From positions 1,472,001 through 1,536,000 of the forward strand of contig CBDETK010000013.1 of NCBI GenBank assembly GCA_965242865.1: DNA of 64,000 nucleotides, in the 5' to 3' direction. Within the stretch, counting starts at the first letter, position 1. Each line of letters begins with the position of its first letter. Shown here one piece after another: positions 17,264-27,162 of the stretch. The stretch comes from Candidatus Latescibacterota bacterium (GTDB taxonomy: Bacteria > Latescibacterota > UBA2968 > UBA8231). Below the pieces are notes generated by a model that made no database searches, was not told where the DNA came from, and saw nothing but the letters and a program-made list of their open reading frames with translations. Both the position numbers and the translations under genes were made by a program.

Positions 17264-19228
17264 TCAATAGACCACGGCGAGGCTGCGTTCCCGCGCCCAT
17301 TGCCCGTAGTCGGTTTGGGCGCGCACCTGCACGACGTACAGCCCGGGCGCGACGAGTTGCTCCTTTTCGTCGCGCCCGTTCCACGTCGCTCGATGGCGAC
17401 CGCTGAGTTGCGCGCCGAGGGCTTGCCGCCACGCCGAGCGGCCGTCGAGCGCGTAGATTTCCAGCTCGACCTCGGCGGCCGCTAGCAAGCGGAACAAGGT
17501 GTACTCGACCGTCACGTAATCGTTGATGCCGTCGCCCTGCGGGGTGAACGCGGTCGGCCGCACCGCTACATTTCCCAATACCTCCTCCAACGCTCGCCCG
17601 CTGGCGACTAAGCGCAGCTGATCTGTGCCCAAGGCGTCGCTGGCGTCGCCTCCTTCCACTTGCTGCGGTAGGCTCTGCCCGGAGCGCGCAAAGACTTCGG
17701 CTTGCACCGCGCCCGACGCCGTGTACAGGCTGGTTGCCAAGCGCAAGCGCAGCGTTTGCGCCGCCCCGGCGCGGATCGGTTCGGGCAGGTAGATCGCTAG
17801 GCCGTCGGGTTCGGAGACTACGCTGTCGGCCACCACCGGCTGCAAGGGATGGCCCATTTCCACGCTGAGCAAGGCCCCTGCGCCGGGCAGGGTCAGGCGC
17901 ACCGCGTCAAAACCGGCTTGTCCGGTCGCCACCTCGGCCCGCAGGTCGCAGACCAGCTCGATCGGTTGCCCAGCCGGGACCTCGGCAATATGGCCTGTGG
18001 GCCGGAGGTCGTCGGCCGCGGCCACCTCGCCCACGATCCGCTCGGCCAGCCGCGGCGAATACTCAATCGCCAGCGAATCCAAGCGCGTAAAATCCCACAG
18101 CGTTTCGGTCGTTAAGGTCAGGCGCACCTGCCAGTAGCGACCGCTCGGTACTCGGGGCCGCTGGCCGGAATGGCGCAGCGGCGGCGACCAAAAGCTCCAG
18201 TGGTCCGCGTCGTCGATAATGGGGCCGCGCCAGCCTACGGCCGGGGGATCCCAAGGCCATATACGCTGCTTGAGCCGCTCGTAGGCACTTTGCGTCACTT
18301 CCACGAGTTGGCCGATGTCGTCGTACCCGTGATAGCCCGTGGGCGTGGGGTCTAGACCGGACTTGATCTCTACTTGCGCGGATGGGGGCGCGTCGGGCGC
18401 GGCCGCGATTTGGTCGCCTGCGCGCCGCCACCGGCTCGCGCCAAAGCGCACGCGCCCGATGTTGACCTCTTGCCCCAAATCGATCACTTGCGATGTCCAT
18501 ATCGCACGCGGGGGGAATCCCCGGCCGGACACTTCTAGTTCGGCCAAGGCGAATTTGGTGTAGAACCGGCCGTCGTCCGGGAAGAAGTAGATGCGCAGAA
18601 AGCGCAGGTATTGCAGGGGGAACTCGATCTGGACGACGGCCTCGGTATTCAGGGCGACGCTGGACAGCAGGATGTCTAAGGGCCGGTAGTGGGTGCCCTC
18701 TTCTTCGGCGACGCCGGCCGGGTCGAGGCTGCCGGAGAGTTCGTATTTGGCAAAGGCAAAGTTGGGGCGATACGGCTCTTGGGTGAGCGCGTCGCGGCCC
18801 TCGGGTGGGTAGAAGGCAAAGCGATCGACCGGCGCGGGTACGCCGAGGTCAATGGTGTAGAACTCGTGGGGGTCGTAGTAGGAGTGGGCCGAGAAAAAGG
18901 TCGCGAGGTCGCCGTCGACAAAGTCGCGGGGCTCGGCGCGGGGGCGGAGGTAATTGATGCCGCGCCAGATGCGGACGTCGCCCAAGCGGTAGGTGGATTC
19001 CCCGGGGGAGCGCCAGCGATACCAAGGCCCTAATTGGGGAAGCAAGTTTTCCCCGGGTTTGAGCTCGCGTGGCTGGAGCACTGACGGGTCGGTCGCGTCG
19101 TCCATCATCCGCAGTTGCCCGGTCCACGCCGCCCACGGCTCCGCGCCGCCGAGGCGAAACTCATCGATCGCCCACGAGCGCGCCGACAGACCGCTGAGTA
19201 TCAGGGCAAGGGCGAACGCATGTCGCAT
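17264..19228 (-). CDS. Secreted protein with C-terminal FlgD Ig-like domain
   Basis: Signal peptide; C-terminal FTPQGDGIND...IYALDGR...WNGRDE...VAPGLY. Confidence 0.8.
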   Translation of the reverse strand: MRHAFALALILSGLSARSWAIDEFRLGGAEPWAAWTGQLRMMDDATDPSVLQPRELKPGENLLPQLGPWYRWRSPGESTYRLGDVRIWRGINYLRPRAEPRDFVDGDLATFFSAHSYYDPHEFYTIDLGVPAPVDRFAFYPPEGRDALTQEPYRPNFAFAKYELSGSLDPAGVAEEEGTHYRPLDILLSSVALNTEAVVQIEFPLQYLRFLRIYFFPDDGRFYTKFALAELEVSGRGFPPRAIWTSQVIDLGQEVNIGRVRFGASRWRRAGDQIAAAPDAPPSAQVEIKSGLDPTPTGYHGYDDIGQLVEVTQSAYERLKQRIWPWDPPAVGWRGPIIDDADHWSFWSPPLRHSGQRPRVPSGRYWQVRLTLTTETLWDFTRLDSLAIEYSPRLAERIVGEVAAADDLRPTGHIAEVPAGQPIELVCDLRAEVATGQAGFDAVRLTLPGAGALLSVEMGHPLQPVVADSVVSEPDGLAIYLPEPIRAGAAQTLRLRLATSLYTASGAVQAEVFARSGQSLPQQVEGGDASDALGTDQLRLVASGRALEEVLGNVAVRPTAFTPQGDGINDYVTVEYTLFRLLAAAEVELEIYALDGRSAWRQALGAQLSGRHRATWNGRDEKEQLVAPGLYVVQVRAQTDYGQWARERSLAVVY

Positions 19229-19450
19229 GGGGGACCTCCTTGGGGAAAGTTACATTACTGACGATCCGCATCGTTGAGGCGTTGGAGCTTCCTTCGCGGG
19301 CCACTCGACGGTCTTACTGCCCTTGGGAAGGTGCTGTCCTTGACAACAAGGTGCTCCTACGCATTATTTTTCCACAGGCATAACTGTGGTCATAAATCGA
19401 ACCGGAGAAAGAGTGCCTTCCATACTAATGAATGGCGTTAGGAGTTTGAT

Positions 19451-19654
19451 ATGAAGTTGAACATTTTGATTTATGAAGCCGAAGAAGGTGGATACTGGGC
19501 AGAAGTGCCGGCTTTACGGGGGTGTGTATCAGAAGGCGAAACACTGGACGAGACCTTGATGAACATTAAAGAGGCCGCATTGGGTTGGCTGGAAACAGCG
19601 TCTGAAAGTCGTCAATCCGTTGGAAAAGTGCGCCTCGTAGAAATGGAATTGTGA
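19451..19654 (+). CDS. hicB: HicB family antitoxin (short, no DNA-binding domain)
   Basis: EEGGYWAEVPALRGCVSEGETLDE...NIKEA. Confidence 0.9.
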   Translation: MKLNILIYEAEEGGYWAEVPALRGCVSEGETLDETLMNIKEAALGWLETASESRQSVGKVRLVEMEL

Positions 19655-19851
19655 AGGCGATCTCAGGGAAAAATTTTTGTAAACTGTTGGAACGGAATGG
19701 TTGGCTACTGCAACGCATTCGCGGCAGTCATCACATTTATACAAAACCTGACAGAGAGGAGATATTAACAGTACCAGTACACGGAAACAAGAACTTAAAA
19801 AAAGGAACACTTGGAAAGCTATTAAAAGACTCGAGATTGAATTTAGATTGA
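19651..19851 (+). CDS. hicA: HicA family mRNA interferase toxin
   Basis: LERNGW...RGSHHIY...VPVHGNK.LKKGTL. Confidence 0.92.
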   Translation: MKAISGKNFCKLLERNGWLLQRIRGSHHIYTKPDREEILTVPVHGNKNLKKGTLGKLLKDSRLNLD

Positions 19852-19967
19852 TTCACAGCGTTGAGACCTTTCTACGGCACTGATGAGCGTTATGCCGCCA
19901 GATGTTACGCCCCCAAAATCCTGATCACTATCACATCGGCTTCTCAAGTCTCTATTGAGAGGCCATG

Positions 19968-20017
19968 CCCCGCCCTTCTGGATTCCGGCTTTCGCCGGAA
20001 TGACAAATGTTCGCCGG
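19968..20017 (+). repeat. REP hairpin ctggattccggctttcgccggaatgac with flanks shared with 20392-20441
   Basis: Core 19978-20004; second core 20402-20428. Confidence 0.75.
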
Positions 20018-20049
20018 ATGCCTTTAAGGGGCCAACCCCGCCGCAGCGG

Positions 20050-20217
20050 TTACTCTAGGACTATCATCTTGCGGACTTGGGCGACGGCCCCAGCCTGAAG
20101 CCGGTACAGGTAAACCCCATTGGCGACGCGGGCACCGCGCCGGTCGTGGCCATCCCAAGAGACTTGGTACGCGCCAGCCGCTTGGAACTCATCTACCAGC
20201 GTGCGCACCGGCCGCCC
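20050..20217 (-). pseudogene. 5'-truncated FlgD Ig C-terminal fragment
   Basis: GRPVRTLVDEFQAAGAYQVSWDGHDRRGARVANGVYLYRLQAGAVAQVRKMIVLE*, no N-terminal part. Confidence 0.8.
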
Positions 20218-20357
20218 CCGGCGTCATCCTCGACTATGGGGCCGCCGATCAGGTGATCGGCATTGAAATTCTGTACCTCTCGAAACGGCCCTATTCGGTC
20301 AATTTGATGGATTTTCAGTTTGAGACCCGGCCGAAGAAATTGGTAGAAAGCGCGTAG
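20214..20357 (+). pseudogene. 5'-truncated DUF2283-like fragment
   Basis: APGVILDYGAADQVIGIEILYLSKR...ESA*; N-terminal half absent. Confidence 0.7.
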
Positions 20358-20507
20358 CGTAGAGCCTGTTGTCGCCTAGAAACAGCCCGCCCCCCGCCTT
20401 TCTGGATTCGGGCTTTCGCCGGAATGACGAGTGTTCGCTGGAAGGGCGAAGTACGCACTGCGAGCACGTATCGTACACCCCCCCAGATTCCCAACGAGTT
20501 ATGAGTA

Positions 20508-21764
20508 CTAGCGTCCTCCGGCAGGGGGGCGCGTCGGCCGCAGTCCAAAGAAGGCTGCCATGATTAGGCCGCTCGCAATCCGCGCCGCGCAGGCCAAGCC
20601 AAAGGCCGCCCCGTAGCCATAGTCGAGGATGAGTATGCCGCCCAAGAGGCTGCCGAGGAAGTTCAAAAGCTGGAAGCCGCAGACGCGCAGGCCCTGAATC
20701 CGCGCCCAGTAGCGTCGGGGGAGCACTTGGGTGGAAAAGTGCTGGTCGGACGGGTTGTCAATGACTTCGCCGATGCGCGTGAGCAGGAACATGGGCACGG
20801 CCAACGGCAGGCTGATAAAGGCCCCCATGACTCCGAGGGCACTGCCGCCGGCGATGCGGGCCGGGAGAATGGTCAGGGTCGGTCCGAAGCGGCGCACCAG
20901 CGTCGGCGCGGCAAAGGTCGCGGGCAGGCCGGCGAGTTGGCTGAGGAAGAAGATCGCGCCGATCGCGGCTGGGCCGATGCCCAACTCGGCCTCGAAAAAC
21001 ACGTTGAAGAACGGGTACGTCAGCCCCATGGAGAAGCCGCGCATCCCGCTCGAAGCGGTGATGGCGGCGAAAACCCGCCACGGCGCGACCACCGGCGGGT
21101 CCGCGCTCGGCGACCGGGGTGGCGCGGGCACTCTTTCGCGGCGGGTTTGCCCGGACGCGTACCACAGCGGCACGACCGAGATGAGCGAGCAGGCCGCGCC
21201 GAGCAGCAGGGCGTAGCGGAAGGGCGCGGGGGCCTCGGTCGAAAGCCCGAGGAAGTAGCCCATGACCCCGGGCATGAAGCCGCCGACTAAGCTCAAGAGC
21301 ATGCGGACGATGATTTGCAGGGCCGACCATATCGCGAGGGCTTCGGCGCGCCGGGCCGGGTGGGCGTTGTCCGAGAGGAAGGGCACGTGGTTGACCCAGA
21401 CGAAGGCCATGGCCACGCCGCCGACAAACGAAAACGCCAGCAGCGCACCCGGCGACGTGGTCACACACAGGCCCACTTGGGAGACGGCCAGCAGCAGGCC
21501 CGAGGCAATGAGGAAGGGCCGGCGGCCGAGGCGGTCGCTGAGGATGCCCGTGGGCAGTGCCAACAGGCCGGTCGCCAACGGCGCCATGCTGGCGACTTGG
21601 CCGATGAAGTCCTCTTGGTAGCTCAGGCGCAGTAGGTAGAGGTTGTACAGCAGGATGAAGAGTGCCATGCCGGCGTTGATCGAGGTGCCATAAGCGAAAA
21701 ATAGCCGGACATTGCGGTTGAACTCCTGCAGCCGAAAGCGGCTTAGGGCATGGCCGAGGGGCAT
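20508..21764 (-). CDS. MFS transporter
   Basis: GILSDRLGRR motif A; about 12 TM segments. Confidence 0.9.
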   Translation of the reverse strand: MPLGHALSRFRLQEFNRNVRLFFAYGTSINAGMALFILLYNLYLLRLSYQEDFIGQVASMAPLATGLLALPTGILSDRLGRRPFLIASGLLLAVSQVGLCVTTSPGALLAFSFVGGVAMAFVWVNHVPFLSDNAHPARRAEALAIWSALQIIVRMLLSLVGGFMPGVMGYFLGLSTEAPAPFRYALLLGAACSLISVVPLWYASGQTRRERVPAPPRSPSADPPVVAPWRVFAAITASSGMRGFSMGLTYPFFNVFFEAELGIGPAAIGAIFFLSQLAGLPATFAAPTLVRRFGPTLTILPARIAGGSALGVMGAFISLPLAVPMFLLTRIGEVIDNPSDQHFSTQVLPRRYWARIQGLRVCGFQLLNFLGSLLGGILILDYGYGAAFGLACAARIASGLIMAAFFGLRPTRPPAGGR

Positions 21765-22765
21765 CCGGCGTGGCGTTTCTCAAAGACTTCAATGGCTTTT
21801 TGCGCGGCTATCTTTGCGGTGTGGACCCGCTCGGCAAAGGGCCGCTCCATGCCGGTCTCAATGGTGAAGGCCAAGCCGTAGGTGTGCGCGGCAAAGTCGG
21901 CGAGATTGAAGCCTTCGCCGCGTTGCTGGGGATTGAGCCAGAAGACGCTGGGCCGGCCTTTGGTAAAGAAAGCCCCGGGCAAGTAATCGCTCGGAGCGAG
22001 GGCCACGCCCGAGGCCGCGACCGCGGCGATCATCTCGCCGGCCATGGCTTCCTCCCACTGCTGGTCGCTGGAGGTGCGCTGGTGCCGCGCTGAAAACCAG
22101 AAGAAGTCGCCTTGGTGCTCGTGCAGGTCCAGCGTCAGCCCGGGCCTGATGGCGGCCATTAGCTCGCGGGTGCAGCGCGGCTCAACGGGCGCCCAAGGAG
22201 TGTCGTGGAAGCGATTGAGGTGGAGGACTTGGCCGGTCGGGTCGATCACCAGCGTGTACGCGCGTTCAACGCTGTGGGGGGCGAAGTAGAGCCGCCGGCC
22301 CTTGAGCGCTTCGATCCAGTCCCCGACCCGATGGTTGTACAGATTGCGCGTGGCGTACCCGCACTCGCCGATGAGGGCGACCACCATATCGCCGTCGTCC
22401 GCGAGGACTTGGCCGTGCGCTTTGAGCAACGGGGCTAGGTCGTTGAGGCCGCCGAGATCGGGGACGACCGCTAGGCTCAGGCTGAGCGCGTAGGCCAGCC
22501 CATTCATGCCGATGGGGTCGCGACTCGGAATGGTATAGAGCGCGTACTCGGTCTCGAGCTCGTCGATGAGGGCACAGGCCGCGCTGACGCCCGCTTGTTC
22601 GGTGGCGTGGCTACCGGCGCTGATGAAAATGGCCGGTGATTTGTCGCCGCCGCTTTTGATTGCGACGATGGGTTGTCCGTCGGGGGCGTGGCCAATAACC
22701 TGCGGGGTGTGGCCGGCGTCCTGTACATAGATGAGCAAGTCCGCGTAGCGGTTGAATGGCTGCAT
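21743..22765 (-). CDS. M14-like zinc carboxypeptidase/deacylase family protein
   Basis: Start MQPFNRY at 22765; GSHATE (HxxE), LNR, DLHE, FTIET. Confidence 0.75.
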   Translation of the reverse strand: MQPFNRYADLLIYVQDAGHTPQVIGHAPDGQPIVAIKSGGDKSPAIFISAGSHATEQAGVSAACALIDELETEYALYTIPSRDPIGMNGLAYALSLSLAVVPDLGGLNDLAPLLKAHGQVLADDGDMVVALIGECGYATRNLYNHRVGDWIEALKGRRLYFAPHSVERAYTLVIDPTGQVLHLNRFHDTPWAPVEPRCTRELMAAIRPGLTLDLHEHQGDFFWFSARHQRTSSDQQWEEAMAGEMIAAVAASGVALAPSDYLPGAFFTKGRPSVFWLNPQQRGEGFNLADFAAHTYGLAFTIETGMERPFAERVHTAKIAAQKAIEVFEKRHAGCPSAMP

Positions 22766-22770
22766 GGCGT

Positions 22771-23778
22771 TTAGGCACACAGGGGATGCGCTAGCTGGGC
22801 GCGGCGGAAGGGGATGTCGATTTGGTCGCCCTGATTGATGGCGGCCATGTTGGCCCGCGCCTCTAGCCACAGTTGGTGCCACTCGGCCGGATCGCGCAAT
22901 TCGCTGGCCGGGTCGCGGCGGCTGCGGGCGACAAACCCGGGGAAGGCGATGCGCCCGGTGGGCTGGTCCGTGGGATTGTAGCGCAAGTCAAAGCTCCAAC
23001 GCACCTCGTCGCTGACGTTGGGATACGAGCCGTGGACGGTCTGCTTGTGGACGCAGATGACGTCGCCGCGCTCCACCGGCAGGGGGATGGCTCGGTCGGC
23101 CGCGAACAGTTTTTCCGGGACTTGCGCGGCTCCGGCGAATTGGGGCGCGTTGTCCATGTAGTTGGGGCAGTGCGGCAAAAGGCCGCTCTTGTGCGAGCCG
23201 GGCGCCACCATCAGCGGCCCCTTCTCAATGGGGGTGTCTTGCAGGGAGAACCACACCGTCAGCATCTGGGTGTCGTCGGCGTCTTCGGTTACGACGCCGT
23301 GGTCTTGGTGCCACTGGGTCGCGCCGAGGATGGGGTTGCCGAACTGGTTTTTGGGCAGGTGGCGCTCGGGCGGCTTGATGCGGACGTGCTGGACCGGATT
23401 GGAGTAAATCTCCGGGCCGATGAGCGACTCAACCACGTCGAGCAGGTTGGGGTCGGTGAAGGCGCGGAAGACGGCCGGCCCGGCCCAGAAGGGGGTGTCG
23501 GACTGGACGTTTTGGAAGGGCAGCGAAAAGTCGAAATACTGGCTGTGGACGCGGCAGGTCTCAATGCAGATTTGGATGTAGCGGTCGCCAAAGTCGAGCT
23601 CTTCGTAGCGCGAGGCGATTTCGCCCTGTGCGTAGAGCGCGTCGGCCAAGCGGTCGAGGACGGTGGCGTATTCGTCGATGACCGGGTCGAGCGTGTTGAC
23701 CGGATCGAGGACGCCTTTGACGACGAGGTAGCCTTCGTTGGCAAAGTGGTCGAGTTGGGCGGGGGTGAGCGCGGGCAT
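22771..23778 (-). CDS. Phytanoyl-CoA dioxygenase (PhyH) family protein
   Basis: Start MPALTP after GGAGG; F..EGYLVV, WHQD, GSH, HGS.PN.S..RW. Confidence 0.9.
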   Translation of the reverse strand: MPALTPAQLDHFANEGYLVVKGVLDPVNTLDPVIDEYATVLDRLADALYAQGEIASRYEELDFGDRYIQICIETCRVHSQYFDFSLPFQNVQSDTPFWAGPAVFRAFTDPNLLDVVESLIGPEIYSNPVQHVRIKPPERHLPKNQFGNPILGATQWHQDHGVVTEDADDTQMLTVWFSLQDTPIEKGPLMVAPGSHKSGLLPHCPNYMDNAPQFAGAAQVPEKLFAADRAIPLPVERGDVICVHKQTVHGSYPNVSDEVRWSFDLRYNPTDQPTGRIAFPGFVARSRRDPASELRDPAEWHQLWLEARANMAAINQGDQIDIPFRRAQLAHPLCA

Positions 23779-23942
23779 GGTTTCCTCCAATGGGTGCGCG
23801 GTTGGCGATGCGTTGCCTCTAAATAACACGCGCAAGGTATGCGAGGCAAGCGCGGGGTTTCGGGGATGTTGGGCCGGTCTTTACAGAAGCGTTGACTTGC
23901 TTTCGCAAAGGGGGCGAATAGGGCGATGGCGATAGATCGCGT

Positions 23943-25874
23943 TCAATCGAGACCATTTGCCGCTTTCTGCTTTGCTTTTTGTAGTTGGTTATATCGCTCC
24001 AGAAATTCGTCGTGTGCTCGTTTTACCATGTCGAGTAAATCTATGTACCTTCTGACGTAGATTTGCGAGTTTGCTAAGTTTCGTTTTTTCCCTCTCACTT
24101 GATAGGTGTCAACCAAATCACCGCAAAGGAGATAGCCCGTAACGGCCTCATATTGATAATCGGGATCCGTCGTCCGTTGAATGTAGTCCTGCATGAAGCT
24201 AACATATTCTTCAATTTGGTTGAGTTCTTGCACAGAAGCCTTTAACTGTGGACGTTTGATTTCCACTACGACTAAGTTCGTGCCTTCTCGTACACAGAGG
24301 AAATCAATTCGTCTATCGCTTTCCGGTACATCGCCATCTTCTGGAAATTTCCCACGTAGTAAGTCACTGTATCTCTTCTCGTCATCTACCAGCGACCAAC
24401 GCGGGTCAATCACCCAAGGGAATTCTTTTAGGAAGTTGTGGAGCGTCGGCACTTCCAGCGCATTGTCTTCAATCAGTTTTTGCAGTTTTTCAATCGTCGT
24501 TATGCGCCCTTGGGTGACGCGCGCCATTTCTTTGGCTTCGACGATTTCCCACTCGCGGAATAGGTTGAGGAGCTTGTCGGTGTCTTCAAACTCCGTTTCG
24601 GTTAAGTCGGCGGCGATTTCCCAAAAGGCATCGAACTCGAGAAAATCGAGGGACGTTTGGATGACGGGTTCAATTTCCTCGACATCGGCGGTTGGGTTCT
24701 TGTCGATCACTTGACGCACCAAGCGGTCGGCGAGTTTAAGGGCGCGGTTATTGCCCGTTTCTTTGGCTTGCTCGCGGAACTTAACGTAGAGCGCGTTTTC
24801 TTCTAGCTGCTGTTCGTTATCGTCGCGGCGTTTCTTGCCCCACTTGCGGGCAATTTTGTTGACCTCTTTTTGACCCCACTTTTTGAGGGCCGTATTGGGC
24901 TCCGTGTCCCATACTAGCGAGTTTCGCGTCGTTCCGATTGTATCTTCCCCCTCATCGACAAACTCGACATGGAGTTCGCCAATAAGGTAAGAAAGGGCGA
25001 ACTGTTGACCGACAACGGCTTCAAAAACAAAAGGCTCTTGTACTAGCTTGCCTCTCGCCATGAGAACGATTCCTCGGTCTATGCCGTCAATATCTGGCGT
25101 CGTGCGGTTTAGTGCGCCGATCCAGCCCGATACAGTCCAGCTCGTTTGGGGCTGGATTTCTACGGCGTCGTACTCCCATAAATACGGCTTGCCGTCCATG
25201 TCTTTGTCGAGCAAGAGTTTTAAGTCGCGATCTTCAGGCGAGATTGGGTCGCCGTTAATGACGACCTCGAAGTCTCGTTGTGCGCCAATGACGGCGAATC
25301 GTCTGGCGAGTCCGCGGCGGATGCGGTTGATCGAGATGCGGCGGCTTTTGAATTTGGTGATGTGTCTGAGGGTGATTTTCGTGCCTTTGGAGACGGTTCC
25401 AGTAGAATCTAACGGCGGAAACTCGATGGTGCGTTCGTCTGCTTTTTCCAACAGTTCGTCGTAGTTCATGCGGAAGTGGCTGCCTTCGCCGTCTTTCACG
25501 CTTTCTAGGTCGATCTCTTTGGCGATGCCAAAGGCCGAGAGTTTGCCAATGCCCTTTCGGCCCATGATCTTGCGGTTGCGCGGCGGAGGCGTCAGGTCGG
25601 ATTGCTCGTTTTCGCGGCGGTCTCGACCGACGATGAGGTACTTGTTTCGCACGTCCTCGTCGGACATGCCCATTCCATCGTCGCTGATGACGATCTCCGA
25701 ATGCTCGTCAATCGGTACTTCTGGTATGGCAATCTCAACTTTGGTCGCGTTTGCGTCCCAGCCGTTGGCGACGAGTTCGCCGATGACGGGCGGCAGGGTC
25801 GAGTACATCTGCAAGCCGAGATGCTTGATGGTGCAGACGTCAAATTCCATTCGATATGCTTCTTTAGAATCCAT
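23943..25874 (-). CDS. GHKL/MORC-type ATPase fused to a C-terminal PD-(D/E)XK nuclease
   Basis: ELVANGWDA, DDGMGM, GRKGIGK, GT boxes; C-terminal RIDFLC...VVEIKRP...Q. Confidence 0.85.
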   Translation of the reverse strand: MDSKEAYRMEFDVCTIKHLGLQMYSTLPPVIGELVANGWDANATKVEIAIPEVPIDEHSEIVISDDGMGMSDEDVRNKYLIVGRDRRENEQSDLTPPPRNRKIMGRKGIGKLSAFGIAKEIDLESVKDGEGSHFRMNYDELLEKADERTIEFPPLDSTGTVSKGTKITLRHITKFKSRRISINRIRRGLARRFAVIGAQRDFEVVINGDPISPEDRDLKLLLDKDMDGKPYLWEYDAVEIQPQTSWTVSGWIGALNRTTPDIDGIDRGIVLMARGKLVQEPFVFEAVVGQQFALSYLIGELHVEFVDEGEDTIGTTRNSLVWDTEPNTALKKWGQKEVNKIARKWGKKRRDDNEQQLEENALYVKFREQAKETGNNRALKLADRLVRQVIDKNPTADVEEIEPVIQTSLDFLEFDAFWEIAADLTETEFEDTDKLLNLFREWEIVEAKEMARVTQGRITTIEKLQKLIEDNALEVPTLHNFLKEFPWVIDPRWSLVDDEKRYSDLLRGKFPEDGDVPESDRRIDFLCVREGTNLVVVEIKRPQLKASVQELNQIEEYVSFMQDYIQRTTDPDYQYEAVTGYLLCGDLVDTYQVRGKKRNLANSQIYVRRYIDLLDMVKRAHDEFLERYNQLQKAKQKAANGLD

Positions 25875-25890
25875 AACATGTCTCCTTCAG

Positions 25891-26008
25891 TATGGAAATC
25901 CTACATCATTCAAGGCTGGATTCCCGCGTTCGCGGGAATGACTTCTCGTAAATAAAAAACAGTGCCGATCAACATTCCATGCTTTCAAGTCATTGAGGAC
26001 GGATCTAT
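25891..26008 (+). mobile_element. MITE family A copy 2 (degenerate ends)
   Basis: tatggaaatcctacatcattcaag...REP 25916-25942...ccatgctttcaagtcattgaggac. Confidence 0.75.
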
Positions 26009-27027
26009 CAGCATGACGCGGCGATTGATTGGCCTAATTGTTCGGCGAGTTTTACCGGGACTGCGTTGCCGATTTGGCCCGATAGAAATAAAAAGGATGG
26101 GCCGAAAAATTCGTAATCGTCGCCAAAGGTTTGGAGCGCGGCGGCCTCGCGCAATGAGATGCCTCTGTCTTGGTCGGGGTGGATGAAGCGGCCGCAATAG
26201 ACGTCTGTGCAGCGGCACGTCAGGGTTGGACTTGGCGCGTCCCATGCCATGCGGCCAAATACGTCTTTGTGGGCGTTTGGCTGCTTTTGGTGGCACTTGA
26301 GTAGGATGGACGGGTCTGTTACTTCCCGTCGGCTGCCGCCGTTTTTGGGGACGGCCGCGACAATGCGTTTGTGGTGTGGTTGCAGTTTTCTGGCGACGTG
26401 ATTCGGGTATGCAGTTGATGCTTCGCCGTCGGCAATAGTCGGGTACTGGCCAATGGCGCGTCGCACGGTGGCATGGGCGGCGGTGTGTGGGCTGGGGAGC
26501 GAGGCGGTCCCGTGTCTGGAAGCTACGATGATGAATCGCTTGCGCGTCTGCGGAACGCCGAAATGTTTCGCGTCGAGTAAGTCCGCTGCTGCTGAAAAGC
26601 CGCATCTTCGCAGAACCGACAGAAACTCTCGGTAGATTTCTTTGCCGTAAGCGTTGTTCAGTCCGGGGACGTTCTCCGCTAGGATGAAATCAGGGGGGCG
26701 TTCTTCGACGATTTTGGCAAAGTCCAATAGGAGTGCTTTTCGTTTATCTTGGCCTTTCAGCTTATTGAGGGTGGAGAAGGGTTGGCACGGCGTGCAAGCC
26801 GCGTAGAGCGTCAAGTCGCCATCTTCTATGCCGAGTGCTTGGCGGAGTTTGTGGATTTGAATGTCGTTGATGTCGCTGTTGATGAAGCGGCATGGTTTGT
26901 TATTGTGTAGGTAGGTCTCCCGCAAGCGTAGATCATTATCGACGCCGGCCAGCACCGAGATGCCGACATTTAACAGTCCTCTGGTTAGGCCGCCGGCTCC
27001 GCAGAAGAAGTCAATTGCTTTAATCAT
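26008..27027 (-). CDS. dcm: DNA (cytosine-5)-methyltransferase
   Basis: DFFCGAGG, PCQPFS, ENV, PQ.R.R, REAAALQTF, GNAVP; alternative start at 27039. Confidence 0.95.
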   Translation of the reverse strand: MIKAIDFFCGAGGLTRGLLNVGISVLAGVDNDLRLRETYLHNNKPCRFINSDINDIQIHKLRQALGIEDGDLTLYAACTPCQPFSTLNKLKGQDKRKALLLDFAKIVEERPPDFILAENVPGLNNAYGKEIYREFLSVLRRCGFSAAADLLDAKHFGVPQTRKRFIIVASRHGTASLPSPHTAAHATVRRAIGQYPTIADGEASTAYPNHVARKLQPHHKRIVAAVPKNGGSRREVTDPSILLKCHQKQPNAHKDVFGRMAWDAPSPTLTCRCTDVYCGRFIHPDQDRGISLREAAALQTFGDDYEFFGPSFLFLSGQIGNAVPVKLAEQLGQSIAASC

Positions 27028-27044
27028 GGGGGGCCTCATTTATA

Positions 27045-27161
27045 TATAGCAATCCTACATCATTCAAGACTGGATTCCCGCTTTCGCGGGAATGACGCTT
27101 CATAGGCAAAAAACAGTGCCGATCAACACTCCATGCTTTCGAGTCATTTAGGACTGCTATA
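27045..27161 (+). mobile_element. MITE family A copy 3
   Basis: TIRs TATAGCAATCCT / AGGACTGCTATA; REP 27070-27096. Confidence 0.8.
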
Positions 27162-27162
27162 T

